A DNA stretch of 64,000 nucleotides from the human T2T-CHM13v2.0 reference genome, Homo sapiens (GCF_009914755.1 NC_060932.1); one strand, 5' to 3'. Counted from the first letter of the stretch, positions 1-16,022 are shown. A program made the numbers and translations. The notes: generated by a model from the letters alone, not told the origin.

Positions 1-518
1 ATTTTAATAATAGAACAAAATAATTAAATTATTATTATAATATTTTAGTGCAAAGTGACAGAATATCTGGCAGTACCTTAAAAACCTTGGTGATGCCACA
101 ATTCAATGATGCATTTTTCAGAACTAAAAAGGATGACTCCCACAGATTGTACTTTCCAGTGGAAGATAGTCATCACTGGCTGCATTTATATTGCTATGCT
201 TACGTATTAAGCATAAATTATGCTATGCTGTTGGTTGAAATTCATCTGATAAGTAAGTTCCCATCTGCCACATGCTACTCATTTTTGCTTGCAAACTAAC
301 TGGAAGATGCTTGATTCTAGATTTTCTGTTTTTTAATGTGCAGATAGAAAAAAGTCTCTGTAGACAAATATGTAATTGTTTTTGAAGACAAAAACACAAA
401 AGCACAACCTAGTTTCTAAAGTTGCATCTTTAACGTTCTTTCTTCATGGCAAGAATTTATTTTGAAATGCACTATTTCTTAATTATTTTCCAAACACTGC
501 ATTTATCTGATGGGATAG

Positions 519-914
519 TGCTATGATTTAAGTGTGTACCCCCTCCAAAATTTCCATTGAAACTTAATTCTTTTTGTGGTGGTATTAAGAAGTAAGACAT
601 TCAGGAAAGTGATTAAGTCCTGAGACCTTCACTCTCATGAATGGATGAATGCTCTTATAAAAGAGCCTTCAGAGAGAGTTCACTCCTTTTTGTCCTTCCA
701 CCTCTTGCCCTGTAAGAGTGCAACATCCTCCCCTTCAGAGGACACAGCAACAGGCGCTATCTTGGAAGCGGAGACCAGGCCTTCACCAGACACCAAACCT
801 TTCAGCACCTTTATCTTGGACTTCCAGTCTCCACAACTGTAGAAATAAATTTCTGTTCTTTATAAATTACCTAGTATAAGGTATTTGTTATAGCAGCATG
901 AATGGACTAAGACA
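519..914 (+). mobile_element. MaLR solo LTR (MST family, MSTB/MSTD-like)
   Basis: Starts TGCTATG and ends GGACTAAGACA. Internal 'ctcatgaatggatgaatgctcttataaaagag' and 'aaataaatttctgttctttataaattacc' match my recollection of the MST consensus. Confidence 0.85.
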
Positions 915-1124
915 GATTATACATTTTTTCCCAAAAAAACTCTCTTGGGTAGCATTCTAGTGAGAGCCACTCAATATCAATTCAGAGTATTTTGATTTTA
1001 AAAAGTTAAAAATCAGCAATTTAAGTTTACTAACTCAAGAAATCTGTAATAAGATCGTGGCTGACCTGTGCAGTACAAAATATGAACACTCACCATGTCG
1101 ATACAAAATGTTAAATTTCTATAC

Positions 1125-1573
1125 TGTTATATTTTCCAGAGAAACAAAACCAGTAAGACATACAGAGAAATAGAGAGAGAGAGATAATTTAAGGCTTTGG
1201 CTTACACAATTGTGGGACTGGCACGTCTAAAACTCATAGAGCAGGACAACAGGCTGAAAATTTAGGTAAGGTTGATGTTGCTCTCTTGAGTCTGAATTCC
1301 ACAGGGCAGCAGGTTGGAAGCTCAGGTAGGATTTTTATGTCACAGTCTTGAGGCAGAGTTTTTCCTTTGGAAAACCTCAGCCTTTACCTTTATGGGCATT
1401 AACTGAATGGATAAGACCCACCTACCTCATGGAAGGTAATCTGTTTTACTCAGATTCTACTGATTTAAATACTAATCACCTCTAAAGCATACCCTCGCAC
1501 TATTATCTAGACCAGTGTTTGACCAAACAACTGAGCATCATAGCTGAATTGACACATAAAATTAATCATCACA
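1125..1573 (-). mobile_element. ERVL solo LTR (MLT2 family)
   Basis: Ends 'ttgacacataaaattaatcatcaca', the reverse complement of the MLT2 5' end TGTGATGGTTAATTTTATGTGTCAA. GA-rich patch near the other end. Confidence 0.8.
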
Positions 1574-1593
1574 TGTGTAGAAGTCCTTTTTAA

Positions 1594-2372
<779 letters not shown>

Positions 2373-2879
2373 CCTTTTTAAAAATAAATGTGTGTGTGTG
2401 ATTTTAGAAATGTAAACACTTTCATAAAATCCATGCAATTAAAATGCATCATTTGGCAACCCTCTGGAAGCAACTAAGGCCACCGTTGTCGTCAATCATC
2501 TGCGTTGAGAAGTTTCCACTCTCATTCAAGATGCCATAACCATCACATGTAACCTGTGACTATATGACCTAAGTGTGCAGAGCCAACCTATGTATTGAAT
2601 GTAAGTAATGTTCACTTTTTCTCTTAATTTTTTAGATCAAAAAATGTAAACAGAAATTGAAAAATACTTTTATACATGTCCATCTGGAATGCACTGGTCT
2701 TAAGCATGAGGAACCTGTAAGGAAGAAGATCACAGACCAATAATTTTAAACTTTAGGACACCAAAAAAATCACCTAAAAATTGTAATAATGTATATTCCT
2801 GTGAAAAAAAATTATACCCCATAAACATGTACAAATACGCATTAATTTTTAAAAATTTAAAAATATAATGTCTATTTCT

Positions 2880-3300
2880 AGAATAGAGATACTGAAATTC
2901 TGAGTCAGTAGAACTGGGGTACGTCACAGGGATCTGCATTTTTTTTTTTTTTTTTGAGATGGAGTCTCCTTGTGTTGCGCCCAGGCTGGAGTGCAGTGGC
3001 ATGATCTTGGCTCATTGCAACCTCTGCCTCCTGGTTCAAGCAATTCTCCTTCCCAGTAGCTGGGATTATAGGTGCACGCCACAAGGCCTGCCTAATATTT
3101 CTTATTTCTTTTTTTAGTAGAGACAGGGTTTCACCATGTTGGCCAGGCTGGTCTCGAACTCCCAACCTCATGTGATCCACTCGTCTCGGCCTCCCAAAGT
3201 GCTGGGATTACAGACGTGAGCCACCGCATCCAGCCAGGATCTGCATTTTTAACCACTGCCCTAGGGATTCTGATAAAACTGTGTGGTCCAGCCATCACCC
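2880..3300. mobile_element. MER5-like hAT-Charlie remnant interrupted by an Alu
   Basis: 'attctgagtcagtagaactggggt...ggatctgcattttt' resumes after the Alu as 'ggatctgcatttttaacca...ctagggattctgat'. Confidence 0.6.
2939..3235 (-). mobile_element. Alu (AluS-type) with TSD GGATCTGCATTT
   Basis: Alu dimer with poly-T. GGATCTGCATTT occurs at about 2930 and 3237. Confidence 0.95.
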
Positions 3301-3589
3301 TCAGCCTGCATTGTCATAGACTAAGAACTTAACGGCAAGCTCTGATTGAGTGTCCGCTAAGGACCAGGCACTGCGCCAGGAGAACATGATGCATTCCCTC
3401 CCCTCCAAAGGCCTCAAATGGGACTAGTCTCAAAGAATTAAGTTTTACGAGATACTTGTCTTTTTTAAAGCATAAGCCATTGTGAAGAAAACTAGTAAAT
3501 AATCTTTTGGAATGGAAGTCTAAAAGGTGGCAATCGTTTAGTAAAAACATTTCTCACTTTTCCACCGTTCTGTGCAGCAGCCAGAGAAA

Positions 3590-3770
3590 GTGCCCTGGTC
3601 AAGGACAGAAAACCTGGCTTCCAGTTTCAGTTCTGCCACCAACTAGCAATGTGACCTTCAGCCAGTTATTAAATCTTTTTATATCTCAGCTTCCCCAAAT
3701 ATAAAGTGAGGGGGTTGTGCTAGATTATTTGTACAGTCTCTTCCAACTCAAACAGTCTAAGACTCTGCCT
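3590..3770. mobile_element. MIR fragment
   Basis: MIR core-like 'tgtgaccttcagccagttattaaatc...tctcagcttccccaaatataaagtg'. Confidence 0.6.
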
Positions 3771-4401
3771 GCACTTGAGAAATCAGTGTAGATCTTTCTT
3801 CCTAACAAAGCAAGATACATTTTCAAATAATCAAAAAGATAGATGTATTCATTTGAAATTTGTACTCTTCATTCATTCAATTAAAGTTTATCTGATTGGT
3901 TTAAAATGAACCAGACTAGCAATGCAGGTCTGGCCTATTTCAATAGGGCCCCTGTTTTTCAGACTTCAACAGTGTCTCAGCCAAATCTATGTGGAATAAA
4001 GTGAAAAAGTGCAGACAACTCAAGGCCAATCTAATTCACCAGCCTAAGGTGTGGATACTTTGTTCTGAGCTAACTCCATGCCAAAATAGGTGAGCTTTAT
4101 CAATTCCATGGGGGGTAAACATCACCCAAAATTTTTTAACATCCTAGATATAAAGCTAGCTCATACACTAAATTGTTTTTTAATAAAAATAATCTTTCAC
4201 TAATGGGTCCATTTGTCCCATCATGCACATGCATTTTAACCTTTCTGCTGTTGTTTGCAGAATTATATAAAATGCTCCATATAAATAAAGACTTATCAGG
4301 TTGTCTTTGTACTTACAAGCAGCAGCCCAGAACAAAATTGTAAAGTGAGTAATTTGTCTCCAACATGCTTCCATTTTTTACCACACTCCAATAATAATAG
4401 C

Positions 4402-4402
<1 letters not shown>

Positions 4403-4437
<35 letters not shown>
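4403..4437. repeat. (ATT)n microsatellite
   Basis: About 11 ATT units read directly. Confidence 0.95.
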
Positions 4438-4438
<1 letters not shown>

Positions 4439-4469
4439 AATACAACATGTCTGGTTAGTCCTTAAATGA

Positions 4470-4640
4470 TGTAAGTCACTTTCATTTGGTTCTGACAGCT
4501 ACCCTGTGAGGTAAGCAGAGGAGATACTATCTTCATTTACAGATAAGAAAGCTAAGTAACAGAGAGGTTAAGTGACTTATCTGAAGTTGCATAGCAAAGA
4601 AGCAACCTCTGACTTGCACACAGTTTCCCTGACCCCAAGA
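4470..4640. mobile_element. MIR fragment
   Basis: 'catttacagataagaaagctaag...agagaggttaagtgacttatc'. Confidence 0.6.
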
Positions 4641-5969
4641 ATTAATGGAGTCCCATGGTCATGGTGCACCTGGCTGACTAGTTCACGCATCTGTCCCCAG
4701 CAGCATTTCTGCCAATGTGAAACCTTGCCTTCACATCCAGACTCACTTCTTCTTTGTCCCATTCCTTAGAGTCCTTCTTTCTGAGCCAAATAACTAAGTG
4801 AATCCTTACTAAAATGTGAGTGGAGACCACTGAGTTTGCATTCTTCTCCACCTAGATAACATTTAAAAAATCTAATAAGGGCTATCTGAAGACAATGTCT
4901 TCACTCAGAGTGCTGCATTCTAATGGCAGAAAACTTCTAGGACAATTAGGAGCTGAAAGGACACATACTTTAGAGCAAGGGAGCTTTCGTTAGTGCTTGA
5001 GTCATAGTCACAAAGTTACGCGGCTTGCCCTAATATTGCGTCATGAAGGCAGACCTACCAGGCAAACGTTAGTACAGATAATGTCCCATATCACTCAAAC
5101 CCCAGTTCTGGGTTCTGCAAGTCAACAATTATTGAACACCAACTACCTATAAAGCAATGGCCCACATGCTATTGAAAGTCAAGCAGCTAAAGAGTAAAAG
5201 CTTTCATCAGCTACATCCAAAGAGGTTGTTTAACAATATTGCAGGAAAAATGAGAGAATTAGAGTTTGTAAACAATGGGAAAATGCCATTATTAGCATTA
5301 ACACATTCTGACAAAATAAGAGGCAAAATAAGATTCCCTCCCAAAGCTGTAGCTTAGGCAGAATATGAGATGCAATGAAGAGCATAGAGACAGCAGGCAG
5401 AGAGCCCACCGAGAGAGACAACAAACTGCAGGGCCTCAAGGGAGAGGCCACAGCTGGAAAAGAAATAATTAGTGGAAGCATTAAGCAATGAAAACTGGAG
5501 GAAAGAAGCTTCTTTTCAACAGAATTGATTTGATAAAGCTCTTGCACTTAAAATATCAACTTTAAACAACAGTAAACCAAGAGACTGAGAATTAACTTCC
5601 AGTAGTTACAAAGGTACCAACACAAAAAGTAAGCCTGATCTAGATATCATAAAATATGCAGAAGGGGGTCTGTAGAATTTGGATCCCAAAGAAAACAAAT
5701 CTAGACTTAGAATAGAATAAACACAAGTCTTAGAAGAACTGCCTAGGGACTAAGGGCTTTCACCAGATTCACAGTGAGAAAAACTTATATCAAGCCCTCA
5801 CTGTAATTGTTGTACCTAATGATGCTTGCATTAATATATAGCAAATTGTATATATTTTTATTACATTATATAGGACCCTGTATGAAAGAAGCCTTTCAAT
5901 TAATGTCATTGATAGATCTCCAAACTAGATAGATTTTATCTGGCTACTGCAGCTCAGAATTTAAAACCC

Positions 5970-7200
5970 AAAAACCCTTGAACAGTCACGTCTCAGAAGA
6001 GAATATCAAAAAAGCCAATCAACATATGAAAAGATGCTCAACTTCATCAGTCATCAGGAAAAAAAAAAAGCGCTAATTAACACCATAATGAGATACCATC
6101 ACACACTCACCAGAATGGTGAGCATGTAAAAGACCACTCATACCAAGGGTCAGCAAGAATGCAAAACAACGAGAATTGTCTTACATGAGGATGGGAGTGT
6201 AAATTGGTACAATCACTTTGGAAAACTTTTTGTAGTGTTTATTAAAGCTAAATATGCTTGTGTCCTGTGATCCAATAACTCTCTTCTGGGTATAGTTCCC
6301 ACAGAAAAGAGTGTACATGTCCACTCTCTTAGTTCATTTTGTGCTGCTATAACAGAATACCTGAGACTGGGTAATTTGTAATGAACAGAAATTTCTTGGA
6401 TTAGTGGTTATGAAGGCTGAGAAGTCCAAGGTCAAGGGGCCAGCAACTGGTTAAGACCTTCCTGCTACATCATCCTATGGCAGAAGGCAAAGAGAGGGCA
6501 AAAGAGTGAGAGATCAAACTCGCAACTTCAAGCCCTTTTATAATTGGCATTAATTCATTCATGAGGGTAGAGCTCTCATGACCTAAACATTTCCCTTTAG
6601 CCCCATCTCCCAACACTGTTGCGTTGCAGATTAAGTTTCCAACACATGCTTTTTGGGGACACATTCAAACCATACCATTCACCAAAACATATACATATGC
6701 AAGGATGTTCACAGCCACTTTATTTGTAACCAAAACTTAGAAACAATTTAAAATTCCATAAAAAGTAGAAATAAATAAATTGTGGTGTATTCATACAGTG
6801 GAATACTGCTCAGCAATAAAAAGCCACAAACCCTACTGATAGATGGAACAGTGTAGATAAATCATACCAACATGAGGTAAAGTGCAAAAGTAAGACACAA
6901 TAAAGTGTGTACTGTATAATTCTATTATATAAAGTTCAAAAATAGGCAAAAATAATCTGTGGTGATAGAAGTTAGAATAGTGGATGCCCAGGGTAGGGAA
7001 GGGGAATTACTTACCAGGAGAGTTCCAAGGGAGACTTTTGGGATTCTGACAGTGTTCTGTGTATCTTACTTTGGGTGACAGGATAGACAGGTAGATAGAT
7101 GTACAGACAGACAGATGTATATATGCATATATATGTAAAAATTAAGCTATACATTTAAGATTTGTATAAATTTTAATATGTAAGTTACATATTATATATA
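5970..7200 (+). mobile_element. Old L1 (L1M-type) 3' fragment interrupted by an MST LTR
   Basis: 'catatgaaaagatgctcaacttcatcagtcatcagg...aatgagataccatcacacac', 'gggagtgtaaattggtacaatcactttggaaaac', 'ttgtggtgtattcatacagtggaatact'. Confidence 0.85.
6325..6678 (-). mobile_element. MaLR solo LTR (MSTB-like)
   Basis: 'tcttagttcattttgtgctgctataacagaatacctgagactggg...ggggacacattcaaaccatacca'. Confidence 0.85.
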
Positions 7201-7318
7201 TATATATCACCCAAGATGAACAAACCTAGATGAGAGTACCTTAACAAAATGCTCCCCTGGCTGCATTTTTTTAGTCTAGGTGGGCCTCACACCTCCGTCC
7301 TTAAGAAGCCCACAATCT

Positions 7319-7622
<304 letters not shown>

Positions 7623-7639
7623 TCATGCATGAGGGAAGG

Positions 7640-8010
7640 GATGAATTCACTGTTGGATGATATTGGACTGTGATATGTAAAAGAAAGGCTATAGAAGAGA
7701 GTAACTAATCTTCACCATAGATACAGTAAAGCCTTCAAAAGAGGTGACATTACAGCAGGATCACCTGAATGGTGAGTAGAATTTAAGGTGGGGTTGAAAG
7801 GTAGGGCACCCCAGCAGTGAGCACAGCATAAGCAAAGCCTGGAGGCAAAAATATAAATGGCTTCCTCTAAGGGAGAAAAACATAATTTAGTATGCTAGGA
7901 GCATGGCTTGTGAGGCCAATCAGAGAGGTATAGGAGAGAGAAAATAAGGATGAGGGACACACATGGTGGGCCTGGAATGCTATGGTTAGGCATTCAGCCT
8001 TTGGACTTGG
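7640..8010. mobile_element. L2 fragment
   Basis: 'gaggtgacatt...gggcaccccagcagtgagcacagcataagcaaagcctggaggca', typical degraded L2. Confidence 0.55.
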
Positions 8011-9454
8011 AGCATACAGCCAGGGGTTGGTTTACAGAGAGTATATGGAGTGAAGACAGGGAATACATGAGGGCAAGTCTGGGAAACGAACTGCCTAGTT
8101 TAGCTCCAAACCAGCTTATTCACTCCAAAAAAAAATTATTCCATTTGTAAGATCAAACAGGACTCATGATTCTGTCCTAAAAGAGGCACAACCTTCCTAT
8201 CCACCCCATTCCCCCATTAAGGGAGTGCTGAGCCCATCCCTTAGCCAATTTTCTGGGAGTACCAAAAATGGCTTTGAAACTGATACCTTCAATTCCAACA
8301 TATACCCAAGGGTTCAGACCCAAAGGAATGACCTACTAAATACAAGATTAGCTTCACGGGGTTAACATCAGACCCAGTCGAAGCCCCAGTTCTCAGCATG
8401 TTCATTAATGATGTCTCTATAGAGAAATATAAACAAAGATGCTTTTAGCAATTCAGCCCAAATGCTGCTCTGAAGCCAGGAGTTGTTTATATTGAGTAAA
8501 AAAGACTTTGCTACTGCAATGATGTGAGCAATTTCTCTTATTCAAAGTATGCGTTATTCAGAGTTGCAGTACATGGTAATTAGCAGGCCCTTTAATATAT
8601 GCTTTATTAAAAAAATTTCAGAGGTGGCAATTTTCTAGCATTGGCCAATAAGTCTTTCTTCATGAGAAAAAAAAACCCTGTGAGTTTCCAGCTTTAATAA
8701 AGCTCTGAGAATTATTTATTGATATTTTTAGTAACAAAGTTATAGTAGTAATTTGTTATCATATAGTCCCTTTCATACCAAGAGAGTTAAAGCCTATAAT
8801 ATTACTGTGGCATAAGTTATGCTCATTCATGAAACATCAACATTTACATGAAATATGTCATGGAAAGTATTCACTGAGAAAGTACATGAAATGGAACTAA
8901 AGCTCTAAAAGTTTAAACCAAGTTTAAATCCAAGATCACACAGGAAGTAAGAAAAAGCACTGGGATTTTCACCCCCGATTTCCCAAGGCTGGTCTAGCTG
9001 TTATTCCACTTGAAACACAGAACACCCAAGTCACCGGACTAAGGTTGGCTAGCAATGACTGAGGCTGAAATAAGGTACAATGGTCTCCTGTCATCTTTTT
9101 CTTTCTTTGAGTTTCCTGTCTCCTTGCTTCCGGGTACCTGATGCTTTGGTTCTGCTCCGGTACTACCCAAAGCCCCAGGTGGGTTCCATTAAAGCCTCTT
9201 CTTCGCTCAGCCCTCAAGGCGGCATCTCTAGTACGCAGTGAGTGCCAAATGGAGCCCAGGACTCATCAGAAGGCCACTATAGGGTCAAGGATCAATCTCT
9301 CTTCCTCTCATTTGTTTGAAGTCCTCACCTCTTCTACTTCAGCAGAGTAACACTTGGCTCACCTATGACTAACTCCATTATAGTAGAAACATGCTATCAC
9401 TGTTTACTTGATCATCTTCCCCAATAGGCAATTTCCTTCCAAAAGGAGTTTAAG

Positions 9455-9814
<360 letters not shown>

Positions 9815-10297
9815 TTATCACCCTCCTGTTAAGAAATACATTGCAGTTATTCACAATACTTGAGTGTATATCCTATATGTCTTTAGAAAGCATGTGGCAC
9901 AAAGAAGGAAATAGCACTCAATGACCCGAACCTCTAAGTTAACAAAGACAAAAGGAGAGGGGGCAAGAGAAGGAGATGAACAGGGGATGAAAGAGCAGGG
10001 GCAGCAAGCAAACAAGAGCAGACAGCAGAGAGGAGAAAGTGAACTCTGCTCGGGCTGACCCTGTCTTCCTCCTGCATGCACAAATGCACAGCTGTGACTT
10101 CACATCCCACCAAATAACCCACTCCCACCAAAAATACTTGTGAATAATGTCTATTTTGCTGCAGAATTCATAGGGAACAAGGAGCGAGGTGGGGGTAGAG
10201 GGGTTTACATCACACACTCCACAGCCCACAACTTCGTATGTTCAACATGCCTGGTCCTCCAAGTCTCTTTCTCTGGCTATACTGTATTATATATGTA

Positions 10298-10581
<284 letters not shown>

Positions 10582-11299
10582 GTTATATATGACTTTTCTG
10601 ACCCCACCACAGTCCTAGATAGCTTGCTTCCCATCTAGAGCAATATAGTTGTACCCAATACTTTCTAAACAACTGTTATCTTACTACACAAAGAGCCCTC
10701 CAGTACCAAGATCTATTCTCCCTTGAAGGTCATAGGAGATTATAAACAGCATTTTTTTCCTTGTCACTGATGAATAGACCACAGCTTAAGTAATTAGAAA
10801 AGGAAGGCAAAAACTTGAATTTTCAAGCACGTACTATGCACCAGCAACATGCTGGAGTTTTTATATATATCTTGCCAATGGCAACACTTAAGATTCCTAC
10901 ACTTGGTGAAGTGAACACAACAAAGAAAGATATTATCCATGTTCTCATTGCCTGCCCAAGTGGAATTTCCATCTCCGCCCCTCTGAGAGATGTGGAATAT
11001 GCCTAAAATGAGAAAGTACGTAGCATTAATTTAAAGAGAAGTGTTGACATGACAGAGAGATGAGGAATGCATCTTGAATCCAGCCAACTCAGGCCATCCT
11101 TTGAGGCTTCAGGATAGTTTGGGACAGGCTTCCAGTTATATGTGAGATGTTGGACGGAAGAAAATGAAAACGGGTGGGGAGCTGGACAGGAAGGAGATGC
11201 CGTATCGAAATCTATCATTTTCCAGTGTTGAACAAGGCTGGGCGACTCTGAATGACAGCTAATTCCTTCTGCTTAGAGAAGTTCTATGATTTGCCTGTG

Positions 11300-12050
11300 A
11301 CCACCCTCCACGTCGACATTTGGTGGAGCCTGGGAAATGCACAGAAGGAAACACTGTAGTGTTGGCAGGGCAGGCGGGGAGACTCTAGGGCCACAGATGA
11401 ATGACCTAATACACACATGGCTTTGGTGGACGGAATAAAGACTGGTTCTCTGGAAGCTGGGACAGCAAGCTTAGCCTTAGAGTAAAGGTTATTTTATCAG
11501 GAAATAAATCAGAGGCCTGTAGCATGACCATTTTTTTCCAGGCACATCTTGGTGATGAGGAGGGTGTGTGTTCAGACCACAGGAATCTCCAAACCACCCA
11601 GCCGCCCCATCGGCTCTCAGGGACGCCAGGCGCAGGGCTGTTGAGAGCCCCAGACAACAGCATTTCTGAGTCTTCGCGTTGTGTCTTTCTGAGTGCATGT
11701 GGTTTCTTTCATTTGTGTTTGTATTTGGCCTTTTTTATTTGTTTGTTTGTTTGGACGGTCTCATTTGGAGGCTGGTGGTTACCGTCCTTCCCTCTGTGTG
11801 AAGTTCCTGCCAAGAAACCTGGTGTCTGCCATGCTCTGCCTCAGCTCCTCTGGCCAGCAGCCAGGCCTGAGGTGCCGGCTGGAGTTTCTGCTGGCCTGGC
11901 TTGCAAAATGCATTCCGGTGGGCACCAGAAAGGCAAGAAAAAGAGGAGCACTTAGGGGCAGGGAGCGAGGCAGGAGCCTACCAACCTGCTAAGCTGTCCC
12001 GGGGGAGAGGCAAGTGTCTGTCATAGAGATGTCCATTGAAAGGGCAAAAA
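11300..12050. promoter_or_regulatory. Candidate enhancer or promoter (non-repeat, GC/CpG-elevated)
   Basis: Unique sequence with more CpGs and GC than its flanks and a GC-box-like 'ggggcaggcgggg'. Composition only, no functional data. Confidence 0.3.
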
Positions 12051-13544
12051 ACACCAAGGCTAATAAAAGTAAGCAGAGGCAGGGAATGGCATACTCTGGC
12101 TGGGAGTCCTTTTATATAAAAGTAACACACACTCTTATGATAGGGACAGAGAGTGGGGTTTGGAGTTCTAGTAGAATCTGTGAAAGGACAAATGGAAGGG
12201 ATAGAATTGCAAAGGCAGTTTGGACATTTTCCCTCGTTGTGGCCCAGAGGTGTGTCCTACCTCAAAACCTGAAATAAACTCAAACACCCCACCTTCAGAG
12301 AGATGGAAGTTATTTTTAAAAAGACAGGCTTTCACTTTGAAGCTATTTCAAAAGACTAAGATATAATTTAGTTTTAGGGGACAGGGCGGGGGGTGGCGCA
12401 GGGAAGCAATGAGAGGAAAAAAAGTAAAAACACAAGTTATAAAAAACAAAAATAAAGTCCTAGAATTAAATTTTGCAACCGAAATATAGGCCTTTGGGTT
12501 CCTCATCAATCACAGCTCTGTGTTGCTGTTTTGGTGAATAGATTTCTGAATTTTATTTTGAATGGTATAATTTTCAGATTAAGATTTTAAAAGAAGTACC
12601 AGCCCAGAGAAGGATAAAAAATGGAAACTAGTCCACACAACTACTTCATACAACTGAGGGTGTGTACACGAGATATCCCTAAATGAATGCTTCTTAAAAT
12701 TCTCCAGTATTTTTGTGCTCTGTACTTTCTCTGTACTCTGTAAGTTTTCTTTGCTCCAAGAACTGGGCCTGTCTGCATATTCTCAGAGATAACATCAGGT
12801 CAGCGCTTCAATTACCAAATCCCTGTTTTCAGAGACTTAACTCAGGTATAAAATGTGTTTGGGACTGAAACTTGGCAGATAACATCTCAAGCCAGCCGTT
12901 AATTCTCTAACATGTTTTCAAGGGCAAACATCTTTTAGCTGCTTATTTTCCGATCCCAAAGTGCAAATAAACAGAAGGCCATACAGTGAAATTATCCATA
13001 GAATGTCCCCGACCAGGCAGGCCCTACCTAATTGGATTCTGAGAAGGCTGACTGTAGAACAATGCTACTTTTAAAATTGAGCATTCTTTGTAGAAAAACA
13101 TTCTACAAACAGAGAAGGGAGGTGGAGGGAAGAGCAGAGCTGTTGTTATGAAAATTCTTCATAGTTTGTTTTGGGAATATTAAGAATAAACCTGAAAGGA
13201 AGGGAGAAAACCAATGTCTTCTTCATTTCTTCTCCCCTAAAAGCTGTATGAGGGTTACTGTATTCATGTATAGAGCTGTCTGTTTTTTAAGAGCACAGAA
13301 TTGATGTCACGAACACTTACTACCTTTGTGTTGAGCATTCGTACTGGGGCTAGGGTCACTAAAAGATAAAAGTCATGGCCACTGGATTCCTGGTCTCAGG
13401 TTGAGAATATAAAACAAACAAAAAGGTAAATAAAGTATGTGGTAGTATCAACCACATACTAAATATATTGGCAATAAATGCCAATAATAAAAATAGAAAA
13501 ATAAAACAGCCTACGAGGCCAGGCTTGCTAAACAGGGTTATTAG

Positions 13545-13740
13545 CACGGGTTTTGGAGTCGAACTACCTGAGATGTAAATTTGACCCCACCTTGGATAAT
13601 TTACTTAATCCCCGTGTGTCTCAGTTTCCTTGTTTGTGCCTCAATTTCCTTGTCTATAATATGAGGTAAAATACAATATCAGTCTCTTTGGGCTCATAAA
13701 GAACTTGGAACAGTGCTTGGTGCACAGGAAGTGCTGAGGC
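13545..13740. mobile_element. MIR fragment
   Basis: 'tttggagtcgaactacctg...tgtgcctcaatttccttgtctataatatgagg...cttggaacagtgcttggtgcacag'. Confidence 0.65.
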
Positions 13741-14064
13741 TGATGCTAGAGAAACCTGAAACTAAGGGACCAGAGGTGAAAGGCCCAGTGACTGCACTGC
13801 TGTGGTCCTTTATTTTGTCTTCTTGGATCTTCAGTTATCCCTAACTTATTCCTGAAGGTTTCTCAAAGATCCCGGACAGCCTTCACATTGCATTTACAGA
13901 TGTTATCAGGGCACCTAAGAAGAGGGCCCCTGGAGACAAGGCTTTCTCTCCTCCCTCTGGCTTGCCATACTTGGAACTGATTCAGTCCTGCAAGTGGAGG
14001 GTCATGTGGCTTACAAAACACCCTAGATTTGCTGTTCCCAGTTTCCACACATTATAGGCAGGAG

Positions 14065-14630
14065 TCCAAATTCTTTTGGATGCAAGTAGCAAAACTCAAA
14101 CTAGACTTTGCAAAATGATATGTTGGAAGGAAGCCAGGTAGCCTTCAACCTTGAAGCTTGGGAACGCAGGGACAGAAGCATCTCTGGAGGCCTGGGAGCC
14201 TCAACTAGTCAGGCCTTCCTTCACCTCATCTTGCTGCTCCTCTCTGCTGTTGGCTTTGGTTTCTTCAATCTGCTTTGTCAAGGGGTAGGAATCATGTCCA
14301 CTAGCAGCACCTGCTCACATCTGCCTCCTCTGTAATAAGAGAGAAAGGGGCCTTATTGTCTTCATTTCAAGCTGCAAAATTCCAGACAAGGACTCTGGTT
14401 GGGCTTGGATCACATATCTACCCCCTGGACCAATCCTTATGGCCAGAAGTGGAGCTGACATACTGTGGTTGACCCAGCTTTCTTCCCTAGAGCAGTTTTT
14501 ATGGCCAGGTACCTGAACATGGTAGCTGCCTTCACATTCGGACAACCTGTTGGGATTGGAGATGGTAGAAGCTGTTCCCCAATACAATAATGTGTTGTTC
14601 CCTTAAGGACAGAGTGGTGCCAAGAGGACA
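14065..14630 (-). mobile_element. Old MaLR LTR (MLT1K/L-like)
   Basis: 'cttttggatgcaagtagcaaaactcaaact' and 'ggactctggttgggcttggatcacatatctaccccctggaccaatc'. Confidence 0.55.
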
Positions 14631-15040
14631 ATCCCATGACCATCTTTGGCATTATAGAATGACATTGTGGAAATAGTATTTTTATAGATAAGATTTGGCA
14701 GAACTGGATAAAGTAGTTGCTACCTCTTTCAAAGATTCCTCATGTCCTTGCTGCATGATAAATCAATTCTTTCCTTTTATTTCAGAAAAGCAAAATGTTT
14801 CTGTGTGGTGATGCATCACACAGTTCCAAAGGCCTTCACTTCCTTTGTATTGTGGAAGTTAGAATGTAAAGTCAGTGGTATTCCTGGATATCTATTTTTT
14901 GCCTTGTCCGTGGTAGCCACTCAATAATGCTTGTTGTTTGAATATATGAATCAGTGACCATAATGAAATTTTCTTTCTCAAATACAACAGTGAAATTGTA
15001 GATAGATCAATCATATGTCTATGTTAAAATATAAGCTCTT

Positions 15041-15779
<739 letters not shown>

Positions 15780-16022
15780 CTAAACAAGATAAAAAATATT
15801 GCAGTGAACACATATTGCTTGTATAGCTCTTTTCCTATTAACTTTTTGTTTGTTTGTTTTTTCCTTCACCACCACCTACCCCCCTTGAGGAAAAACAAGG
15901 TAGCATCCTGGTATTGAAAGAGGAATTTTAAATAACTTGGTTCAATATTCTTATGTACAAATCACTGACTCCTTATTGGCTATAGAATGTATTTTCAGGG
16001 GCCTTTGAAAACTAATGAGAAT

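Noticed and set aside
915-1120. Minus-strand 'EWLSL' resembling the hAT transposase RWLS motif
   Set aside because: Only four residues match and I could not extend a frame. A Dfam search of 1-1120 would be needed.
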